Below are positions 53,784-64,000 of a DNA stretch of 64,000 nt, piece by piece. This DNA comes from Leucoraja erinacea. Lineage: Eukaryota. Within the stretch, counting starts at the first letter, position 1; the number at the start of each line of letters is the position of its first letter. Below the pieces are notes generated by a model, which was not told the DNA's origin, ran no database searches, and was given only the letters and a program-made list of their open reading frames with translations. The position numbers and the translations under genes are program-made. The stretch spans positions 70,804,001-70,868,000 of the forward strand of contig NC_073381.1 in the NCBI RefSeq assembly GCF_028641065.1. Reading direction: 5' to 3'.

Positions 53784-53890
53784 CATTTGCAAAAAATATT
53801 TGCAATTTCCAATATTCTTCCTCAGCCAGAAATTTCAAGTCTTTCTGTCGCTCTTTCATCACATCTTGCTTGTCAAGAATCCACTGTAAG
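53784..53890 (-). CDS. CCNC: Cyclin C exon 2 (LQWILDKQDVMKERQKDLKFLAEEEYWKLQIFFAN)
   Basis: Manual translation; AG/GT; 107 nt. Confidence 0.96.
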
Positions 53891-55619
53891 CTGACACAGA
53901 ACAAGCCAACTAGGTGAAATTGTATTGCACAGCACAAAAAATAAAGTTTACTTGTAAGTTTATTGGCAGTGAAAGAATCGGTACATCTGCTAAACCTTTG
54001 TAGGTTGAAAAATCAAAAAACTGCAGATGCTGTAAAAGTGAATCAAAAATAATAAATGATTGGAAATAGCAGGTCGGGCAGCATCTGTGAATTTAGAAAC
54101 ATTTAGCAGTTCACTCTTCATCAGAGCCAATGGCTGGCTGTAAGGCATTTGTGGGCATTCTGATGAAGGATCTTTAACCCAAAAGATTATCTGCTTCTCC
54201 TTCCACAGATGCTGACTGACATGCTGAAAGTTTCCACTGCTTTCTATTTTTATTTCTGCAATTGCCTTAAACTAATTTACAAAAGATAAATTGAGTGATT
54301 TTCACTTCATATTCTCTTTACAAGTAGAGACAGTTGCAATAACACTGGCAGAAAACACATTTAATTGTGAATTGATATGGGAGAGTGGTGCAGCTCACAG
54401 ATCTAGAGACCCAGAATCAATTCTGACTTCCAGTGCTGTCTATGTGGAGTGTGCACATTCTCCCTATGACTGCAAACCTTACTTGCCACAGCACTGGTTT
54501 CCTCCCACATCCCTAAGACGTTGGGTTAATAAGTTAGCAGAACTCTGTAATTGCCCCGAGTGAGCATGTCATTAATAAATCTGGAATAAATGCGAATGCT
54601 GGAAGAATAAATGGGAATTCTGCAAATGACTGCTTAATGGTCGATTATAAAATCTATGGGCTAAAGGATCTGTTTCCCTGCTCTACGACTCCATAATGCT
54701 ACAACTTAAACTGATAGAATATCAATTTTACAACATTAACATTGTGTGTTCTGTACTTTATTTAAGATCAAGAACTTCTCCCAACTCTGAGCCACAGGGT
54801 TCAATTAATATCACTCTTGTCAAAAACTGAAATTTCTGCATTCAATCTCCACTCCTACCTAGGCTGACAGTTTTAAGAATGCACTGTCAAATAAACGAAG
54901 AGATATTTTGTGCGAGACATTAAACTTTCTGCTCTCCCAACTGGACACAAATAAAAAATTCCATGTCACCATTTAGAAGAACAGCAAGGACAATAATCCC
55001 CAGCGTCCTGGCCAACATTTATCTGACAATTAACATTATCAAAATTATATTATCTATTAATTATTATGTTGCTTTTTCTGGAAGAGTAATGGCACAAATT
55101 TGCCACCACATCTTACACACTTCCAGAATGTTTCATTAATGCAATGCACTTTGGCACATCCTAAGGCAGGAGCAGACGTTGTAAATACAACATTGTATTT
55201 TATTGTAGTACTGATCAACGGCCAGCAGATTCCTATTTTCCTTGCATCGTTGTAACTTGTATTCATTCTTAACTATTCGTGCCTCCTTATCTCATTAACT
55301 ACATTCCCCAAGACCACGTAAGGCACTGTAAAAATGCAACCCTTTATTTGTCTCATGGTGATATGGAATCATAGAAATTTCACAACTAGCTCTTTAAAGC
55401 TCGCCTGCATCACCACACCTCACATGAAGTCATTGACAACAATATTTCCACAACCACTGAAGTCACTGCAGATGCCAAGATTTTGAGCAAAAGACAAAGA
55501 GCGGGAGGAACTCAGCGGATCAGGCAGCATCTGTGGTGGGAATGGAAAGACAACGTCATGCAGCCACATTGTTAGATTTAAACAGTGACTGTATCAGGAT
55601 TTTCTCACCTTCTGTACAA

Positions 55620-57335
55620 ACATAGAACATAGTAAAATAGGTACAGGAGTAGGCCATTTGGCCGTTCGAGCCAGCACCACCATTCAATATTATCATGGCT
55701 GATCATCTAAAATCTGTACCCCGTTCCTGCTTTCTCCCCATATTCCCCTATTCCTTTCGTCCTAAGAGCTAAATCTAACTCTCTCTTGAAAACATCCAGT
55801 GAATTGGCCTACACTGCCTTCTGTGGCAGAGAGTTCCACAGATTCACAACTCTGCGTGAAAATATTTTCCTCATCTCAGTCCTAAATGGCCTACCCCTCA
55901 TTCTTAAACTGTGACGCCTGGTTCTGAACTCATCCAACATTGGAAACATTTTTCCTGCATCTAGCCTGTCCAATCTATTAAGAATGTTATATGTTTCTAT
56001 AAGATCTCCTCTCATCCTTCAAAATTCCAGTGAATACAAGCCCAGTCGTCCCATTCTTTCATCATATGTCAGTCCTGCCATCCCAGGAATTAACCTTGTG
56101 AACCTACGCTGCACTCCTTCAATAGCAATAATGTCCTTCCTCAAATTAGGAGACCAAAATTGCACACAATACTCCAGATGTGCTCTCACCAGGGCCCTGT
56201 ACAACTACAGTAGAACCTCCTTGCTCCTAAACTCAAATCCTCTCGCAATGAAGGCCAACATGCCATTAGTTTTCTTCACTGCCTGATGTACCTGCATGAC
56301 TGATGTACAAGCACACCCAGGTCTCGTTGCAGCTCCCCTTTTCTTAATCTGACACCATTCAGTTAATGCTGGAGGTATCTAGGCGGGGCAGACACCATCT
56401 CTGGAGAGAAGGAATGGGTGATGTTTCAGGTCGAGACCCTTCTTCAGACTTCTGAAGAAGGGCCTCGACCCGAAACAACATCCGTTCCTTCTCTCCAGAG
56501 ATGCTGTCTGTTCCACTGAGTTTCGCCAGCATTTTGATTTGATTCTACCTTCGATTTAAACCAGCATCTGCAGTTCTTTCCTACACCATTCATATAATAA
56601 TCTGCCTTTATGTTCTTGCCACCAAAGTGGATAACCTCACATTTATCTACATTATATTGCATCTGCCATGCTTCTGCCCACTCACCCAACCACCCTGCAG
56701 CATCATAGCATCCACCTTGCAGCTCATACTGTCACCCAGCTTTGTGTCATCCTCAAACTTGGAGATGTTACATGTAATTCCCTCATCTACATCGTTAATG
56801 TATACATTGTAATTAACTGGGTCCCAGCACAGAGCCTTGCGGCACCCCACTAGTCATTGCCTGCCATTCTGAAATGGACCCGTTAATTCCTACTCTTTGC
56901 TTAGTGTCTGCCAACCAGTTCTCTATCCATGTCAATACCTTATCGCAATACCATGTGCTCTGATTTTGCACACTAATCTCTGGTGTGGGACCTTGTCAAA
57001 GGCTTTTTGAAAGTCCAGATACACCACATCCACTCTCCCTTATCCATTCTACTTGTTACATCCTCAAAAAATTCCAGAAGATTAGTCAAGTAAGATTTCC
57101 CCTTCATAAATCCAAGCTGACTTTGACCGATCCTGTCACTGCTTTCTAAATGCGTTGCTATAACATCTTTAATAATCGACTCGAGCATCTTCCCCACTAT
57201 GATGTAAGGCTAACTGGTCTATAATTCCCCGTTTTCTCTCTCCCTCCTTTCTTAAAAAGTGAAGTTACATTGGCTACCCTCCAGTCCACAGGAACTGATG
57301 CAGTGTCGAGAGAACAATGGAAAATGATCACCAAG
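55620..57335 (-). mobile_element. CR1 RT/3' fragment in CCNC intron 1, interrupted at 56362-56582
   Basis: RT motifs in ORFs 55809-57197. Confidence 0.9.
56362..56582. mobile_element. Fold-back Penelope-derived short element inserted in a CR1
   Basis: Inverted arms; TSD ACACCATTCA at 56352-56361 and 56583-56592. Confidence 0.8.
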
Positions 57336-57588
57336 TACACAAATACAGAAGCAACATTCAGAGGGGCAACAAAATATATTTTAATTTCAAAGCATATCTC
57401 CAGAAGCATGACTGCAAGTTATCTCCTTGATCCAAATAAGTGCGTAATACCAATTATGATAATATAAAGCACAACAAATGTGGTCACTGAAAAGTAGATC
57501 CTTCAAGATGTTCAAGAAGGAACTGTAGATGCTGGAAAATCGAAGGTACACAAAAATGCTGGAGAAACTCAGCGGGTGCAGCAGCATC

Positions 57589-57623
57589 AGTCTGAAGAAG
57601 GGTTTCGGCCCGAAACGTTACCT
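57589..57623 (+). ncRNA. Minimal hammerhead ribozyme motif in a fold-back repeat (57511-57679)
   Basis: AGT-CTGAAGA-A-GGGT TTCG GCCC-GAAAC-GTT-ACC: core boxes present and stem II capped by UUCG. Confidence 0.62.
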
Positions 57624-58914
57624 ATTTCCTTCGCTCCATAGATGCTGCTGCACCCGCTGAGTTTCTCCAGCATTTTTGTGATCCTTCAAGATGGTCTTAC
57701 CGATTGTTTTTGTGCCTTGATATCAAGATTAAGACCATAATGCCACCAATTACCCATATGATCCCTACTGTAAAATGTTGGTAAGATAATATTAATTTTC
57801 AAAATTAAAATGAGTTTCAGAATAATTATGTAATTGTACATGTTATAAAAAGTTTCTAAATGCCCTATCACAGCCCAAATTATGGCAAGAATCAACTGTT
57901 GGCATGCGCACTCATTACTTTACTAAAACCAAGCCCAATTACACAGTTAGCCTTTTTGGATTTAAACAGTCCAAAAGATTCCAATGGTAATTGTCCAAAA
58001 CACATCTTAGAATTATTGAAAATGTATGACACAAAAGGCCATTTATATGATTGTGCTGGTGGGAGTCAAAAAGGAGCTACCCAGCCTAATCCCACTCTCC
58101 ATGATATAATAATACTTTAAAGGTACCAAAACATACAGAAAGGCCATTATTGAATCAGCATTTTGCAACAATAATATTAGGGTGGAGCAAAAGTGCAGTA
58201 CAGGATGGATTAGGATGGTACAAAAAATAGACACAAAATGCTGAAGTAACTCAGCGGGTCAGGCAGCATCTATGGAGAAAAAGGATGGGTGACATTTTGG
58301 GAAAAGGATCTCAACCCGAAACGTCACCCATCTTTCTTTTCCCCAGAGATGCCACCTGACCCACTCCAGCACTTTGTGTCTATCTTTGGTATCAACCAGC
58401 ATCTGCAGTTCTGTTTCTAAGATGGTACCAAGTCTGGAAACCATTTAGTTAATCGGGTAATCACACCATTGATTCAGAATTGTGCCGAGTATTAATATTG
58501 TAATACAATTCAGTGACAGGCCAAATGGTATAAACTGTGTTGGGATCCATACAGTGAATGACTTTCTAATATCCAGGTGGCAAGAATGCCGTGGGGAGTT
58601 AATATGGTGGTGTCCACAATGGATGAGCCAAGGCCAGGTGTGAGAGTCAATGACCCTTTCATTGTGCACAGATACATGGATCATCCAGTGTACCCCCTCT
58701 GTCTCCAGACTGGGTGGGCGAGAATTAACTAGGTGTATAAACAAGCCAGGTCTCAGCCAAGCTGGGTGTAGGACTCCCCTTCCGAACCCCCTCCTCATGC
58801 CCAGTACAGTTGTAGGGTTCACTCACTGTAGCACCTCCTCGTCCCCAGGCCAGGCCAGGTGGGTGAGATGGGCCACGTTTAATGATGAGTGAAGCATTCC
58901 TTGTGCTGGTTTGA

Positions 58915-59550
58915 GGATTAGTGAACCCTCTCCTGGTGTGTGTGTGGGGGGGGGGGTGGGGGGGGGAGATCAGTGAACCTTCTCACGATGCCAGTGTGAG
59001 GGGGGAAGCAGTGAACCCCTTCCCAATGCCAGTGCGGGTCCAGTGAAGCCCGCTCCTGGTGCCAGCATGGGGATCAGTGAACCCCTCCCAATGCCAGGGT
59101 GAGGAAGGATCAGTGAACCCTCTCCCGCTGGGAGGGACAATCAGTGAGCCTTTTCCTCATTCCGCTGTGTTGGACCTTCTCCTGATGCCAGTGTGGGTAT
59201 CAGTGAACCCACACTCTGTGCCGGTGTGAGGGAGGATTAGTGAACCTCTAAGGATCAGTGAATGCGGGTGTGATGGAGGATCAGATCAATGAACCTTCTC
59301 CTGATGCCAGTGTGTGGGATGACCAGTGAACCCCCTCTTTGTGCCGGTGTGATGGAGGAATAGTGAACCTTCTCCTGATGCCGGTGTGTGGGAGGATCAG
59401 ATCAATGAACCTTCTCCTGCCGGTGTGAACCAGTGAACCCTCTCGCGGTGTGAGGGATGACCAGTGACCCCACTCTGTGCCGGTGTGAACCAGTGACCCC
59501 TCTAAGGATCAGTGAATGCGGGTGTGATGGAGGACCAGTGACCCCACTCC
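58915..59550. repeat. Minisatellite of roughly 35-40 bp (GATCAGTGAACCTTCTCCTGATGCCAGTGTG...) in CCNC intron 1
   Basis: More than 15 diverged units sharing the CAGTGAACC core. Confidence 0.85.
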
Positions 59551-59930
59551 TTGTGGCCGGGCCTCCCAGGCCGCTGCTCGGATCAAACACTCACTAGTGC
59601 GAGCTCTGCCAGAAGTTGCCCGCCATCCCCCTCGCTCCCTCGCCGCCGCTCCCGGGCTCTCCGCCGCCTTGTCTCCGCCGCCTTGTCTCCGCCGCCTTGT
59701 CTCCTCCGCCTTGTCTCCGCCGCCTTGTCGCCGCCGGTTTGCCGATGTGTTGTAAACCCAGCTCTAGCCGGGCATTCTCTGCAACTTCCAAATGATTCCG
59801 CCAAGGAACCCGGGGTCACGTTGAAGGTGCCCGGTTATAAACCTTCCGGGCGGCCTTGCAAAGGGGAGGATCTCCTTCTTTCACCATCTTATTCCCGCGG
59901 CAAAACTGCAGACTTTTCCCCAAAATCATT
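59550..59930 (-). promoter_or_regulatory. CCNC CpG island / promoter and 5' UTR, with a 14-bp CCGCCGCCTTGTCT repeat
   Basis: CpG-rich region around exon 1; repeat units at 59661-59735. Confidence 0.7.
59595..59626 (-). CDS. CCNC: Cyclin C exon 1 (MAGNFWQSSHY)
   Basis: Matches the cyclin C N-terminus; GTGAGT donor; lies in a CpG island. Confidence 0.95.
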
Positions 59931-60344
59931 CCCACTCTGAAAGGTGCAATTGCATATTTGCTATTTGTTTAAATGATGCCGTTTAAACATTAATCTATGC
60001 TCTGTTCGTGCAAATTCACATTCCACATCCCCCCCAAACGAAAAATGAAATCCTGGTTTGAAGAAGAGTCTCGGCCCGAAACGTCACCCATTTCTTCTCC
60101 CCAGAGATGATGCCTGTCCCGCTGAGTTACTCCAGCTTTTTGTGTCTGTCCTGGTTTTATACTTCATTTATCTTGCGTCCAGGAACCAAAACATAACGCG
60201 TAATCCATTATTAATTCATTATTTTTTGAGCAGGTATTTTACAAATTACTTTCTAAATGCTCTAAGTGATTAATTGAATCATATGTGAACACAAATGCTG
60301 GAGAAACTCAGCGGGTGAGGCAGCATCTATGGAGTGAAGGAATC

Positions 60345-60378
60345 GGTGACGTTTCGGGTCGAGACCCTTCTTCAGACT
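60345..60378 (-). ncRNA. Minimal hammerhead ribozyme motif (best copy) in a fold-back repeat (about 60287-60500)
   Basis: Minus strand reads AGT-CTGAAGA-A-GGGTCTCGACCC-GAAAC-GTC-ACC. Confidence 0.68.
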
Positions 60379-60534
60379 CAGTCTCGACCCTAAACATTGC
60401 CTATTTCATTCGCTCCATAGATGCTGCCTGACCCGCTGAGTTTCTCCAGCTTTTTTGTCTACCTTCGATTGTTCCAGCATCTGCAGTTCTTTCTTAAACA
60501 GATTCATATGCTACTCATCATCCCTGGCATTCCT

Positions 60535-62052
60535 ATTGGGAGGTTTCACGGCAGTCGGGTCACGACCCATTACCCGTACTGTTGCTACCCTACGCCAACT
60601 GGAGTACACGCGATGAACTGCAGGTAGGCACTTACCATTGTTTCCAACGTAGCGGGCCCGTTAAAACCCGCAGAAATTGTCAATTTTTGCGCTGTAAATA
60701 ATTATGGAAATCAGGATAAGCGTGAGAGACATTTATCCTACTTCAGAATTCCAAAAGTGAGGAGAAATGACGGTATATAGAAGCGAGAGCTGAAGGGACG
60801 ACAGCCAGAGTGCTTGGCGAACATTGGCCGTTTGCTCACTGCATTTCATCAACTAAGGCATTATTTGTGTTTTTTCTTGATTCCTTTGGCATCTAAAAAG
60901 TTTCAGAAGTGATAAATCTGGCTGTAAAATTTAAAAATCGCCCATGGTTCTCGTGGATTTTTACATACAAAAAGAAAACGCCTCTGAAGCAAAATTTACA
61001 GCCAGATTTATCACTTTTTTTAAAAATTAGAAGTAAGTACAATACCTTTTTACAGGTTCCCAAAACTATGTTAACATATTACATTCTCTGTACAACTTCC
61101 TTTTTTTTAAAAAGAGAAAAGTAAGAAGGAAAGAGATAGTAAATAATAGAGGAAAGTCTTGTGTGTGTGAATAAAAAGAGGGGAAAAAGAGATAGTAAAG
61201 AAAAGAAATGTAAGAAAGGGAAGCAGGAGGGAGGAGATGATTTTTTTATATTCTTGATCATCTTTCACACATACCTGAAACTTTTAATTTTTACAATACT
61301 GTTGCACCACATGAATCCAAGAAATCAATAAATGGAGACCAACTCGTTAAGAATTGGTCTTGTTTGTCTATTAGGAGGAGTCTCATTTCTTCCAAGTGTG
61401 CTGTGTCCAACATATTACTGATCCACATTTTAAATGTTGGTATAGTAGCATTTTTCCAAAATTTAAGTATAAGTTTTTTTGCTGTTATTAACCCATAATT
61501 AAAAAATGAATTTTGGGGTATGTTTAATTTATTCCCGTCTCCCATTACTCCAAATATAATCATTTCAGTATTAAGTTCCATTTTTATCTTAAATAGATTT
61601 GTGACAGATTTGTATCTTAAACACATTTATCACTTCTGAGACTTTTTAGATACCAAAGGAATCAAGAAAAACCACAAATAATGCCTTACTGTTGATGAAA
61701 TGCAGTGAGCAAACGCAATAATTCCCAATATTTTTAATTCCGATATCTGCACAGCCAATGTTCGCCAAGCACTTTAGCTGTTGTTGTCCCTTCAGCTCTC
61801 GCTTCGCTTTACCTTCATTTCGCTTCACTTTTGGAATTCTGAAGTTGGGTACATGTCTCTCACACTTACCCCGACTTCCACAATTTTTTACAGCGCAGAA
61901 ATTCAACATTTTGGCGGTTTTTAACAGGTAGGAAAGTACGCATTTCTTGCATTAATAACATATACCGGAAGTTACGGATGTCCTCCAGATGGATTGAGCG
62001 GCTCCGTGCGTCAAGCCCTATGACCCAGTGACCTTACGTGCACACCCCGTAT
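60535..62052. mobile_element. Fold-back DNA element with two inverted THAP-coding arms
   Basis: Arm 61625-61920 (ORF MLNFCAVKNC...FRIP...VCSLHF) is mirrored at 60670-60930; ends GGGAGGTTTCACG / GGGGTGTGCACG. Confidence 0.75.
61017..61624 (-). mobile_element. L1/Tx1-clade LINE 3' fragment nested in the THAP element
   Basis: AKKLILKFWK...PTFKMW...LE...WSPFIDFL ORF2-like C-terminus; A tail; TSD ATTTATCACTT at 61006-61016 and 61625-61635. Confidence 0.85.
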
Positions 62053-64000
62053 TGCAAGCATTACTTTTGATTGGAATATAGAACAGTATAGTACAGGAAT
62101 AGCCAACCACGCAAATACCGTTTACATGCACATTATCTAGTTCCTCCAATCCCCTGCCAGTCAAGTCAAGAGTGTTTTATTGTCATATGTCCCAGATAGC
62201 ACAATGAAATTCTTGCTTGCTGCAGCACACAGAATATGTAAACATAGTACCTGTACACTGTAAATAATATGATAAATGAGAGAGAAAAAAGTTCAGTGTG
62301 TATGTATACACACATATGTATATATATATATATAAACATACACACATACTCAAAAAACAAACAATAACTGCAATAATAATAATCATCATAATAATGATAA
62401 TATTAATAATAATAGTCTATTGTATTTCAGAGCTTATGAGGTTGTAGTGTTTAATAGCCTGATGGCTGTTCATGAGTCTGGCTAAATGCCACTTAAATGT
62501 TATTATTGTATGTGCCTCCTCCACCTTACCTGGTAGCACATCCTTGGTTTCTACCACTATGTAAAAAAAACATGCCTTGCAAATCTCTTTCATACTTCCC
62601 CCCTCTCACCTTGAATCTATGCTTTCTAATATTTGACATTTCCACTGGAAAAAAGGCTCTGCCCAATGTATGCCTCCTAATTTTTTTAAACTTCTATCAG
62701 GTCACCCCACAGTCTTTTATGCTCCAGAGAAAACAATGTAGGTTTGTCCAGCCTCTCCTTAGACATAATCCAGGCATCATCCTGGTGAAGCTCTTCTACA
62801 CTCTCTCCAAAGCCTTCACATCTTTCAAACACTGCATTGACCAGAACTCCACACAATACTGCAAATGCTGCTTAGTTTTATAAAGCCGTAACATAACCTC
62901 CCAACTTTCATACTCAACACCCTAACTAATAACGGCCATATGCCTTCTTTACACCCTAAAAACATATGTTGGATCTGTATTAATATCTGTTGGATAGCAT
63001 GCAAAACAAAGCTTTTCACTCTATCTCGATACATATGATAATAACAAACCTAAACCTAACTCGTGTTGTCACTTTCAGGGACCTGCACCCCACAACCTCC
63101 ATCACTGTCCACAACCTCACAATTTTTTGAATCAGCTAATCTACTTTTTCACATATAATTTATCACAAATAACAGGGACCCCTGATCTGATGCCTGTGGA
63201 ATATCATTGGTTACAAACCTCCAGTCAGAGAAAGACTGAGAAAGACCCCTCCACCACTATTCCCAACTTTGAATCTAATTTACCAGGTCTCTGGTGAGGT
63301 CATTAGTGTTGTGTAGTGTTCAAGAGACTGATGGTTGCTGGGAAGAAGATGTCTTGAACCCAAAGTTCACAGTTTTTACGTTTGTGTACATTCTTCCCTA
63401 CAGTCGTCATAAAATGAGAGTGTGGCCTGTAGATCTTCTACGATATCGGTTGCTTCTTATCATCGTAGCACAACCAGAGAGCAGTGCTGAACTACTATCT
63501 ACATCTTTGATGACCCTTGGACTATCATTGATCGAACTTGACTGACTTTACCTTGCATTAAACGCAATTCCCTTATCGTATCTATACATTGTAAATGGAT
63601 CAAATGTGAACACGTATTGTCTTTCTGCTGACTGGTTAGCATGCAACAGGGGTGGAAGATTGCAAACTTCAAGTGGTCCACCCTGTTTCGACTAATGCAA
63701 TCGACCCGACGTGCACAAACAAATAGATCAAATAGAACAAGTTGACTTGCAACTTTAGGCTGTGCACACCAAACGCAAGAAGAAGATGCAACAACAAGCT
63801 TTTCATTGTACCTCAGTACACATGACAATAAACTAAACTGAACACCACCTGTAGATCCCTTCGATTGTGGGAAGATCAGTACCTGTAATGAACTGAGCAA
63901 TATCTACCAATGTTTGTAGTTTCATTTCATCCTGGATGTTTGAGTTACCTATCATGGGCATTATGCAATCAGTCAGTGTGCCAATTATTTGTACAAGTTC

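Overview
Repeat-rich vertebrate genomic DNA, most likely a cartilaginous fish such as a skate or ray (inferred from the CR1/HER1-type LINEs, HE1/V-SINEs and Penelope-derived repeats). It holds the conserved USP45-TSTD3-CCNC block. USP45 contributes three 5' coding exons (minus strand, running off the left edge). A complete 4-exon TSTD3 rhodanese gene (plus, 167 aa) sits head-to-head with USP45 across a CpG island built from tandem repeats. A complete 12-exon CCNC/cyclin C gene (minus, 283 aa) follows. Most remaining sequence is mobile DNA: many CR1 fragments, Rex1/Babar-like and L1-like fragments, an internally deleted Gypsy element (two LTRs, tRNA-Trp PBS, 4-bp TSD), several non-autonomous DNA elements and a Penelope-like RT remnant. 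The most notable signal is a family of about 20 short, often fold-back insertions with target-site duplications that carry a minimal hammerhead-ribozyme core (CTGAAGA-stem II-GAAAC-GTH), in the same window as the Penelope-like remnant. Repeat boundaries are approximate unless a TSD is quoted; no database searches were run.
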